Shown: one piece after another, positions 9,517 through 18,100 of the stretch | How the letters are laid out: each line of letters begins with the position of its first letter | How positions within the stretch are numbered: position 1 is the stretch's first letter | NCBI GenBank assembly: GCA_036149055.1 | Contig: JAYZQJ010000258.1 | Coordinates: 1 to 40,323 of the forward strand | Direction: 5' to 3' | Source of the DNA: Myxococcota bacterium | GTDB taxonomy: Bacteria > Myxococcota_A > Polyangia > Polyangiales > Sandaracinaceae | DNA: 40,323 bases | Made by a program: the position numbers and the translations under genes | The notes under the pieces: generated by a model | What the model saw: the letters and a program-made list of their open reading frames with translations, nothing else | Databases searched by the model: none | Told to the model about the DNA's origin: nothing

Positions 9517-9543
9517 GGAAACTCCTGATTCGGGTCTGTGGGA

Positions 9544-9842
9544 TCGGTCCGAGGGAGCTCGCCAGCGGCCGGGAGGGCCGAAAGGGCCTGAGAGGGCGTC
9601 CGTGAGCCCGCGCCACCGCGTGAGGTCGAGTGGCGCGACGTGATGAGACCCCGCGACTGCCGGTATTGGACCGGACGGTGTCGCGAGGTCGGCTCGTTCC
9701 CCGGCCGCCTCACCGAAAGCCGCCCGCTCTCCATCGGCGTCACGTCGGCCGAGGGCAGAGAGCGGGCGATCCTGGAGTCGAACGGACGGGACCTCTGGGA
9801 AGGACGCTGTCAGGGCCGCTGGCACCTCCACCGTGGGACCGA
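9544..9842 (-). ncRNA. putative structured leader RNA upstream of cdnL
   Basis: Nested complementarity: 9544-9550/9836-9842, 9561-9570/9814-9823, 9596-9601/9802-9807, plus hairpins 9609-9637, 9647-9690, 9721-9768. Confidence 0.55.
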
Positions 9843-9881
9843 CCGAAGAAGCGCACCACGCCCGGTTTGGCGCGGCGCATG

Positions 9882-9910
9882 AGTATGCCCCGGACGGGGG
9901 TAGAGGTCAA
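9882..9910 (-). promoter_or_regulatory. sigma70-type promoter for cdnL leader
   Basis: Minus strand TTGACC-N17-CATACT. Confidence 0.6.
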
Positions 9911-9923
9911 TCGGCGCCAGCGG

Positions 9924-10757
9924 TCAGGAGGCGCCGCCCTCTTCGCTCAGCGAGGACAGATCGGGCAGCTCGTCGAGGTTCGGCACGAGCACGATCTCGA
10001 TGCGGCGGTTCTGGGCCCGGCCCTCGGGGGTGGAGTTCGACGCCACCGGCTGGGTCTCGGCGTAGCCGGCGGCCGAGATGCGCTCCGCGTTCAGGCCCTG
10101 CTCGATCATGAACCGGGCCACGTTCACCGCCCGGGCGGTGGACAGCTCCCAGTTGCTGGCGAAGCGGCTGCTGCGCATCGGGATGTTGTCGGTGTGACCG
10201 GCCACCTGGAACTGGCGGTTCGGGATCGAGTTCAGCACCTGGACGATCTCGGTGAGCGCGGTCTCGCCCTCGTCGCGCAGGTCGGCGCGGCCCGAGTCGA
10301 AGAGGATGTTCTCGCTCAGCTCGATCAGCATCCGGTTGCGCACGATGCGGACCCGGAGGCGGCCGGAGTCGATCATCGAGCGGAAGCGCTCGATCATCCG
10401 GCGGAAGGTCGCGAGGCGCTCCTGCTGGGCGCGCTCGCGGGCCCGCAGCTCCTCGAGCGCCCGCTGCGTCTCCTGGAGGCTGCTCTGGAGGTTCCCGCGC
10501 TCGCTCTCGAGCCCCTCGACCTCTTCGCCGAGGGCCCGCAGGCGATCGACGAGCTCCTGGTTGCGCGCCTCCACCGCCGCGATCCGGGCCTCGAGCTGCT
10601 CGTTCTGCTCGCGGCTCTCCCGGAGCTGACCCTCGAGCTCCCCGATCTGGTCGAGGCGGGCCTGCATCTGCTCCTCGGAGTAGCCGCAGCCGACGAGCGC
10701 GGTGACCAGGGAAAGGGCCAAGGCGGGCCCGCTGAAGCGCACGGTGATCCGGTCCAT
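9924..10757 (-). CDS. OmpA/MotB-family peptidoglycan-binding lipoprotein with coiled coil
   Basis: Lipobox LVGC, long coiled coil, ILFDSG, GHTDN, NWELSTARA, QNRRIEI. Confidence 0.9.
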   Translation of the reverse strand: MDRITVRFSGPALALSLVTALVGCGYSEEQMQARLDQIGELEGQLRESREQNEQLEARIAAVEARNQELVDRLRALGEEVEGLESERGNLQSSLQETQRALEELRARERAQQERLATFRRMIERFRSMIDSGRLRVRIVRNRMLIELSENILFDSGRADLRDEGETALTEIVQVLNSIPNRQFQVAGHTDNIPMRSSRFASNWELSTARAVNVARFMIEQGLNAERISAAGYAETQPVASNSTPEGRAQNRRIEIVLVPNLDELPDLSSLSEEGGAS

Positions 10758-10786
10758 CCGACCTCTCCTCCCAGTTCCAGGGGGCG

Positions 10787-10816
10787 ACGTTAGGCCGCCG
10801 TGATCGCCGGTGTCAA
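10787..10816 (-). promoter_or_regulatory. sigma70-type promoter for OmpA/MotB gene
   Basis: Minus strand TTGACA-N18-TAACGT, then GGAGGAGAGG before ATG 10757. Confidence 0.65.
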
Positions 10817-11049
10817 CGCCCGCGCGATCCGGGGATCACCGCCCCATCGGCGCTTTTTCAAGGGTTACGGGGGGGTACGCTGCCATACAATTTTGCCGAA
10901 GGATTCCATCGGTTTAGGAGGGGGCCGTGCACAAATTTGGGTCTTTTGGGGCTAAGTTAGGTATAAATTATATGTTGCTCGGCTTGACACGTTGCATGAC
11001 GTGACAATACGGTACGTCAGTCCTGAGACCCCACGGGAGGAGGTCCCAC

Positions 11050-11634
11050 ATGGCCAAGGCAAAGAAGGCCGCCAAGAAGGTGGCGAAGAAGAAGGCGAAG
11101 AAGAAGACGGCGAAGAAGAAGGCGACCAAGAAGGCCGCCAAGAAGTCGACGACTTCCCGCACCCCCAAGAAGGCTGCCAAGCGCACCGCCAAGAAGAAGA
11201 CGGCGAAGAAGAAGGCTGCCAAGAAGAAGACCGCCAAGAAGAAGACGGCGAAGAAGAAGACCGCCAAGAAGAAGGCGGCGAAGAAGAAGACCGCCAAGAA
11301 GGCCACGCGCAAGAAGGCGCCGAAGAAGAAGGCCAAGAAGAAGGCGGCGAAGAAGAAGACCGCCAAGAAGAAGGCGGCGAAGAAGAAGACCGCCAAGAAG
11401 AAGACCGCCAAGAAGAAGACGGCGAAGAAGAAGACCGCCAAGAAGAAGGCGGCGAAGAAAAAGACCGCCAAGAAGAAGACCACGAAGAAGGCGGCCAAGA
11501 AGAAGACCACCAAGAAGGCGGCCAAGAAGAAGGCGACCCGCAAGAAGGCGCCCCGCAAGAAGGCCACCAAGAAGTCCAAGACGGGTCCGGCGTCGTCCGC
11601 GCCCGCTCCGGGCAGCACCTCGCTCCTCAGCTGA
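11050..11634 (+). CDS. histone H1-like Lys/Ala-rich nucleoid protein
   Basis: GGAGGAGG SD; tandem KKK(T/A)A pentapeptides (15-nt repeats); about half Lys, no acidic residues; AT-rich upstream region with TTGACA at 10984. Confidence 0.8.
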   Translation: MAKAKKAAKKVAKKKAKKKTAKKKATKKAAKKSTTSRTPKKAAKRTAKKKTAKKKAAKKKTAKKKTAKKKTAKKKAAKKKTAKKATRKKAPKKKAKKKAAKKKTAKKKAAKKKTAKKKTAKKKTAKKKTAKKKAAKKKTAKKKTTKKAAKKKTTKKAAKKKATRKKAPRKKATKKSKTGPASSAPAPGSTSLLS

Positions 11635-11653
11635 GCGATCCTCCCCCGCTGGG

Positions 11654-11692
11654 GCCGGACACCGAGCTCGCGGTATTCGCTCGGTGTCCGGC
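11654..11692. terminator. 14-bp perfect stem-loop after the H1-like gene (no U-tract)
   Basis: GCCGGACACCGAGC-N11-GCTCGGTGTCCGGC. Confidence 0.5.
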
Positions 11693-12023
11693 AGGTCGGC
11701 CGCTCGCTTCTTCCGGGCGGATTCGGCCGAGCCATCGAGGGGACACGTGCCGGCTCCCCGCCCGTGAGCCGGCTCGGGGGAATCGAGGGCTCGCGCCCTG
11801 CCCGACGACACCCGGGGCGCGAACACACGAGGAGCGACCCGACCGGTTCGGGGTGAGGCTCCAGGTGACGAGCGGCCGTCCGCTTCGATTGACATTCCGA
11901 TCGCCCGCTGGCGCCCGAGGCATTCGGGCGCGAGCACGAACGCGCGCCCCGACGACCCCCGTCGGGGCGTTGGCGTCCGCACGGAACGATCCGTGTCGGG
12001 AGGGCGACGGAATCACCCCGACG

Positions 12024-13340
12024 TCACGCTTCTTCGGACGCCAGCAGCTCGCGCAGCCGCTCCGGCTCGAGCCGAAGCAGGAAGACGCGCTCCCGCTGCA
12101 GGGTCACCGACCCCGGCGCCGCGCCCCGCGGCTTGCGCACGTGGCGGCGCTCGAGGTGACTGACCTCCACCCGATCCTCGCCCCGCAGGTCGGAGTGATG
12201 GGCGGCCAGGTGGGCGGCGTCGGCGAGCAGATCCGGCGGGCAGCTCTCGCCCTTCTCCAGGGGCACGACGACGTGCGAGCCGGGGACGCCGCGCGCGTGG
12301 AGCCACAGGTCCCAGGGGCGCGCGTGTCGCAGCGTGAGCGTGTCGTTGTCGGCGGCGGACCGCCCGACGAGGATCGCGCGGTCGCCCGCGCCCCGGTAGG
12401 CACGGAACGGCGAGCGCGCCTCGGGCGAGGCCCCGCCGCCCTGCCGATGGGGGCGCGCGCCCAGCTTGCGAGCCCGCGCGTCGAGGCGGTCGAGCGCGTC
12501 GCCGTCCGCGTCGTCCACGGCCGCTCCGATCGCCTCCAGGGCCGCGATGTCGGCCTCGGTGGCCGCGTGCCGCTCCAGCGCGATCTCGCCGCCGCGCTCG
12601 AGCTTGCGCGCCCGATGGAAGAGGTGCTCCGCCTCCTGGCGCGGGGTGCGGCGCGGATCGATCGGGATGGTGATCGGCCGCGGCGGATCTGCGCTCCAGT
12701 CGGTCACCGTCGCCTCGCGGGCGTCGTCCGCCAGGGTCGAGAGCGCGGCCAGCAGCGCCGATCCACGCGACCGGAGGCCCTCGACGTGATCGAGGCGCTG
12801 CAGGTCGCCTTCGATCTTGCGCAGGCGCCGCCGCAGCGAGGCGAGGCGCCGCTTCACGCGCCGCTGCAGCTCTCGCCGGCGCGCGTCGAGCTTCCCGCCG
12901 AGGACCGCGCGGGCCAGCGCCTCACCGTCGCCGGCCAGGGCGTCGGCGTCGGCGGCCAGATCCCGCGGCGGCGCGCCTCCTCCCGGGCCGCGGCGACCGC
13001 CGAGCACCTCGCCGTCGCGCAGGAGCAGCAGGTTCGGCGGGTCCGCCGAGAGGCGGAGCTCGAGGATCGCGTCACCGCGGGCGAAGCGGACCACGCCCTC
13101 CTCCGGCTCGAGCGCGAGGAGGCGGGCGTTGGCGGCGTGCTTGCGGATCAGGCGCGCGAACGCGGAGGCCGGCGCGCCGCGCGGACGCTCCGGGACGAAG
13201 CCCCAGCCGACGCGGTCGCCGCAGGCGAGCAGCAGCACGCCGTGCAGCGACGGCGTGTGCAGGGTCAGCGCCAGCAGGTCGGGGTGGGGCGAGTCCGCGC
13301 GCTGGAGCTGCGCCCCGAGGAGCGCGCCGAACGCGCTCAC
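12024..13340 (-). CDS. NFACT family protein (RqcH/Rqc2/FbpA-like)
   Basis: N-terminal SAFARLIRKH, coiled coil, C-terminal NFACT-R VGRSAADNDTLT...DLWLHARGVPGSHVV...VRKPRGAAPG; GTG start overlaps the upstream TGA. Confidence 0.85.
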   Translation of the reverse strand: MSAFGALLGAQLQRADSPHPDLLALTLHTPSLHGVLLLACGDRVGWGFVPERPRGAPASAFARLIRKHAANARLLALEPEEGVVRFARGDAILELRLSADPPNLLLLRDGEVLGGRRGPGGGAPPRDLAADADALAGDGEALARAVLGGKLDARRRELQRRVKRRLASLRRRLRKIEGDLQRLDHVEGLRSRGSALLAALSTLADDAREATVTDWSADPPRPITIPIDPRRTPRQEAEHLFHRARKLERGGEIALERHAATEADIAALEAIGAAVDDADGDALDRLDARARKLGARPHRQGGGASPEARSPFRAYRGAGDRAILVGRSAADNDTLTLRHARPWDLWLHARGVPGSHVVVPLEKGESCPPDLLADAAHLAAHHSDLRGEDRVEVSHLERRHVRKPRGAAPGSVTLQRERVFLLRLEPERLRELLASEEA

Positions 13341-14002
13341 TCCTCCTCGGCGGCGAGCGCGGCGAGGCGCTTGGCCTCGCGGAACGACTTCTCCGACTCG
13401 AGGGCCACGAAGGCCTCCGGGCCGTCGACGAGCCGGTCGAGGACCTCGAGGAGCAGCGTCTCGTTGAAGCTCTTGCGCATGCCGATCGCGCGCAGCCGGC
13501 AGTAGGCGAGGTCCAGCCGCGGCAGCTCCTCGACCTCGAGCGGGTCGAAGCCCCACACCACGCCCAGCCGGCGCGCGAAGGACGGCGCCGACTCCTCGTC
13601 CCACAGCCCGGTCGGGTGCCAGACGAGCTGGGACCGGGACTTCGAGCGCCACCGCTCCGCCCAGCCCGCGAGCAGATCGCGATCGCGCTGCCCGGTGGTG
13701 ACGTCCCCGCCGGTCGGGAGCACCGCGAAGCGCGCGCCGAGCGCGTCGGCCGCCTCCGCGGCCCGGTCGAGCGCGGCCTCCATGTCCGCGTCGAAGCGGA
13801 GCGGCCCCTCGGGCGAGCGGCGCGCGTCGTGCGGCACGACGAAGCCGAGCGTGAAGTCTTCGGGCAGCCCCTCCCGCCACTTCGCGAGGGTCTTGGCCTT
13901 GGGGGCGGGGCCGACGGTCGCGATCTCCGCGAAATCGAGGGCGGCGAGGTACTTCGGGCCGGGGGCGCGATCGAGCTGGGCGCCGGCGTGCAGGCGAGTC
14001 AT
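13337..14002 (-). CDS. DUF72-like protein
   Basis: YLAALDFAEI...PKAKTLAKWREGLPEDF, YCRLR resemble DUF72 TIM-barrel motifs (divergent); start ATG 14002. Confidence 0.6.
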   Translation of the reverse strand: MTRLHAGAQLDRAPGPKYLAALDFAEIATVGPAPKAKTLAKWREGLPEDFTLGFVVPHDARRSPEGPLRFDADMEAALDRAAEAADALGARFAVLPTGGDVTTGQRDRDLLAGWAERWRSKSRSQLVWHPTGLWDEESAPSFARRLGVVWGFDPLEVEELPRLDLAYCRLRAIGMRKSFNETLLLEVLDRLVDGPEAFVALESEKSFREAKRLAALAAEEE

Positions 14003-14065
14003 GCGGGCGTGTATACCGCGGCCGATCCCGTGACGCTCGCGCCGGGCCCGTGGTAGCGTTCGAGC

Positions 14066-15076
14066 GTGCTTGACTTCGGCCTCGTGGGCATGCGCTCGCT
14101 CGTCAGCAGGGTGATCCTCTCCGGCCTCGTCGCCGTCGCCGCGGCGGGCTGCGACGACGCCCCGGATCCGCCCCCCCGTCCCGATCCCGACAAGGCGATC
14201 GAGTGCGTCCCCGAGTCGAGCGGCGCCGATCCGGACGCGAGCGACGACCTGGACGGGGGCGCTTCCCCGGGGCGCTGCGCCGCCGGCCAGATCTGTCTTC
14301 AGGGCCGCTGCTACGGCGCCTGCACCGACGACTCGGACTGTGGGCCGCGCGAGGAGTGCGCGGCCTCGGGGGCCTGCGTGCGCGCGACCGGCCCGATGGT
14401 CGACGCCGGGCCCGCGGACTCCGGGCTGCCGACCCCCTGCGACGGCGTCGAGTGCGCGGCCCCGTCGGTCTGCCACCCGCTGGCCGGGGTGTGCGTCGAG
14501 TGCAGCGTCGAGACCATCGCCGCCGCCCCCGGCGAGCCCGGCTTCTGCGCCGGCCTGAGCCCCATCTGCGACGTCGCCAACGGCAACTGCGTGGGCTTCG
14601 ATCCCAGGCCCTGCGCGCCCTGCCGCGTCGACGCCGAGTGCGACGACGGCGCTGGCTTCGCCGGCCGCTGCACCGAGCGCACGGTGATGGGCGAGATCGT
14701 CGAGCGGGTCTGCCTGCTCGAGTGCGACCCCGCGACGCCGGGGACCTGCCCGGCCGGGCTCGTCTGCGACGGCGCCCTGATGCGCTGCGTGCCGCCGGTC
14801 GGCGCCGCGTGCACCACCTGGCTCCGGGGCAACGCGCGCAGCAGCTGCGTGCTCGACGAGGACTGCGGGCCGCTCGGCGCCGACCGCGCGCTCTTCACCG
14901 GCGCGTGCATCGGGGAGATGTTCCCGATGGTGCCCGACGGCGCGATGGACACCGACGCGGGCCCGCCCACCCCCGGCGCCTGCTTCCAGCCGTGCGGCGT
15001 GAGCGAGGAGTGCCCCGACGTCGCCGGCGGACAGATGTGCATGGGCGAAGGCGCGATGCTCTTCTGCCAGCCGTGA
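14066..15076 (+). CDS. cysteine-rich repeat lipoprotein
   Basis: Lipobox AAGC; many CxxDxDC and C-x5-C units typical of myxobacterial surface proteins; start is GTG 14066 or ATG 14090. Confidence 0.8.
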   Translation: MLDFGLVGMRSLVSRVILSGLVAVAAAGCDDAPDPPPRPDPDKAIECVPESSGADPDASDDLDGGASPGRCAAGQICLQGRCYGACTDDSDCGPREECAASGACVRATGPMVDAGPADSGLPTPCDGVECAAPSVCHPLAGVCVECSVETIAAAPGEPGFCAGLSPICDVANGNCVGFDPRPCAPCRVDAECDDGAGFAGRCTERTVMGEIVERVCLLECDPATPGTCPAGLVCDGALMRCVPPVGAACTTWLRGNARSSCVLDEDCGPLGADRALFTGACIGEMFPMVPDGAMDTDAGPPTPGACFQPCGVSEECPDVAGGQMCMGEGAMLFCQP

Positions 15077-15131
15077 ACGCACCGACTTGACAGATCCGGG
15101 CGCCAGCGCGACGCGTTGCTATCCTGACCGC

Positions 15132-18100
15132 GTGTCGCGTGGCTGGTGGATCGTGCTGCTCGTGGGGAGCCTCGTCCTCGCGGACGTCCCCGCGGCGGCG
15201 CAGGACGACTGGGGGCTGACGCGGCAGCGGGATCGCGGCGCGCGCGACCGGGGCCGCCGACGACCGCCGCGTCGGGGACGCCCCACGCGTCGCCGCCCGC
15301 CGCGCCCGAGCGCGCCCGCGCAGACGCCCGAGACCTCGGAGTCCGAGGCGCCGCAGCGGACCGACGTGCTCATCCGCCGCTACCTCGGCGTGCTCGAGCG
15401 CGACCCCCGCGAGAACATGGCCTTCCGCCGGCTGCTCGACCTCTACCGCGAGCGGGACGGCAACATCGATCAGCTCGTCGAGTCGCTCACCGCGCGGGTG
15501 ACCGAGGACGACGAGGCCTACGCGCCGCGCATGCTGCTGGGCCACATCTACAAGGCCCAGAGCCGGGTGGAGGAGGCGCGGGCTGCCTACCAGCGCGCCG
15601 CCGAGCTGCGCCCGGGCGAGGCGGCGCCGCGGGTCGCCCTCGCCCAGATCGAGCGCGCGGCGGGGCGCCCCTCCGAGGCGCGCGCGCGCTACGCGGAGGC
15701 GCTCGAGCGGACCCGGGAGCGGCTCGCCCGCGACGAGCTGCTCCGAGAGGTCGCGCAGCTCGCGCTCGAGATGGAGGACTTCGACGCCGCGCGAGGGCAC
15801 TACGAGGAGCTGGCCCGCGGCGGCGACGGCAGCGTGTACCTGCGCGCCGAGTACGCCCGCGCGCTCTCGGCCGCGCGACACTGGGACCGGGCGGTCGAGG
15901 AGTACCAGCGCGTCCTCCGATCCCTGCGCGGCGACAACCGGGTGCTGCCGCCGGTGCTCCTCGAGCTGTCGCGCGCGCAGCTGGAGCGGGGCGACCCCGA
16001 GGCGAGCATCGAGACCCTCGATCGCGCGCTCCGGCTGGCGGGCCGACAGGCCGGCATCCGCGCCGAGATCTACGACCAGCTGCTCACCGCGCACCGCCGC
16101 ACCGACCGCCTGCCCGAGCTCGCCGAGCGGCTCCGGCGCGAGGCGGGGCGCGGCTTCGAGGCGAACGAGCTGCTCGGGCGGATCGAGGACGAGCTCGGCA
16201 ACGACGACGAGGCGCTCGAGGCCTATCGCCGGGCGCTGCGCTCGCGGCCGCGCGACATCGACACGCGCGTGCGGGTGATCCAGCTGTTGAGCCGCTCGGG
16301 GCGCCTCGACGACGTCATCGACGAGTACCGCTCGCTCATCCGGCAGGCGCCCCGCGAGCCGCGCTTCGTGATCGAGCTGGCGCAGCTGCTGATGCAGACC
16401 GACCGTCGCGAGGACGCGCTGCGGCTGCTGCGCGACACCGGCCGTCGGCACGGGCGCGACCCGATCCTCCACCAGCAGCTCGCCGAGCTCTACGCCCGCT
16501 GGGGCGAGGAGGAGCTGGCGGCGCGAGAGATCGAGCTGCTCGCGCGCATCGACCCGCGCGACCCGGTCCACGTGATCGCGCTCGGAGCCTCGCAGTTCGA
16601 TCGCGGGGAGCGCGAGGCGGCGCTCGCGACCTGGCGGCGGGTGCTCGAGGTCGAGCGCGGCGCCGAAGGGCACGCGACCCTCGCCCAGATCTACGGCGAC
16701 CACGATCTCCTGCCGCTCGCCATCGAGCAGTGGCGCGAGGCAGTCCGGCTCGCCCCCGAGGACATCGCGAACGTGCGGGGGCTGGCCACCGCGCTCGAGC
16801 GCAACCGCCAGAACGACGACGCCGAGGCGCAGTGGCGGCGGGTCCTGGAGCTGGCCGGCGACGATCGCGTCGCGCGGCGGGAGGCGCGGGAGCGCATCGT
16901 CGGCATCTGGTCGCGCACCCGGCAGCTGCCGACGAAGATCCGCGAGCTCGAGCGCCGCTTCGCCGACGACCCGCCCGACGCCGAGGCGGGGCGATTCCTC
17001 GCGGAGGCCCACCGGCGGCGCGGGCCGCAGCACCAGGCGCAGGCCGAGCGGGTGCTGGAGCGCATCGCGGAGATCGCGCCCGGCGACGTGGAGAGCCTGC
17101 TCGCGCTCGAGCGCATCCGTCGCCACCGCGGTGACCTGGCGGGGGCCATCGACGTGCTGCGCCGCCTGCGCGACGCCGACCCGCGGCGGGCCGCCCACTA
17201 CCTCCAGCAGATGGCCGAGCACGCGCTCGCGCTCTATCGAGACGAAGAGGCGGTGCGCTACGCGGCCGAGGCGGTGGAGCGCAACCCGGAGGACGCCTCC
17301 GCGCATCGTCGCCTCGCCGATCTCTACCGAGCCCGGCAGGACATGCCGCGGGCGATCGCGAGCTACCAGCGCGCGCTCGAGCTCAACGAGCGGCTGTACC
17401 CGGTCTACTTCGAGCTGGCCGAGCTGTTCCTGGCGCGCGGCGAGACCGAGCGGGCCGATCGCCTCTACCGCCAGGTGCTCGGGATCACGCCCGACGACGA
17501 TCTGGTGTCCCGCGCCGCGCGGGCCTCGATCCAGATCAACCTCGGCGCCGACACGCTCGGCGAGCTGGAGCGCGACCTGCTGCCGCTCGCGCTCGGCCAC
17601 CCGCAGCGCCCGATCTTCCGGCGCATGGTCGTGGAGCTCTACGACGCTTACGCCGGCCCGCTCGTGCAGCGCGCGCGCCGGGGCGGGGAGGGCGCGGCCG
17701 AGGCGCGGGAGGAGCTGCGCCAGATCGGCACCCGCGGCATCAAGCCGCTGCTCGAGGCGCTCGCGGACGTCGATCCCTCTCAGCGTCGGGTGGCGCTCGA
17801 CATCCTCGGGGATCTCGGCAACCCGAACGCCGCCGCGCCGCTGCTGGCGGTCGCCGAGAACCCGACGCTCGACCTCGGCACCCGGCTCCAGGCGCTCCGC
17901 GCGGCCGGGGGCGTGGCCGACGAGGGGCAGGTCGGCCGGCTGGTGGCGCTGGCGGAGGGTGAGGACCGTCGCCTGAGCGGGCTCGCGGCCTGGAGCCTCG
18001 CCCGCCTCGGTGGCGCGCAGGCCGAGCGCGCCCTGCGCCGCCTGCAGCGGAGCGACGACGCCCAGGTGGTCGGCTACGCCGCCCTCGGGCTCGGCCTGCG

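Noticed and set aside
9517..9831. 105-aa N-terminal extension of CdnL from GTG 9831
   Set aside because: Low-complexity translation, strong SD at ATG 9516, and family length fits 167 aa; the region is better explained as structured RNA.
9544..9842. RNase P RNA, tmRNA or SRP RNA
   Set aside because: Lacks GAGGAAAGUCC, tRNA-Ala-like ends with a tag ORF, and the SRP GGAA/AGCAG loop.
9924..10757. Flagellar stator motB
   Set aside because: Lipoprotein signal rather than a TM helix with the conserved Asp, and no motA adjacent.
10968..11828. Phe/Ala/Val-rich minus-strand 'membrane protein'
   Set aside because: Reverse complement of the AAG-rich H1-like gene, which has the SD.
11050..13340. Functional link between poly-Lys protein stalling and neighbouring RqcH
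   Set aside because: Genes are convergent and Lys codons are almost all AAG, as expected from GC bias; no supporting evidence.
15087..15125. TTGACA at 15087 as the -35 for TATCCT
   Set aside because: Spacing is 27 nt; an extended -10 alone explains the site.
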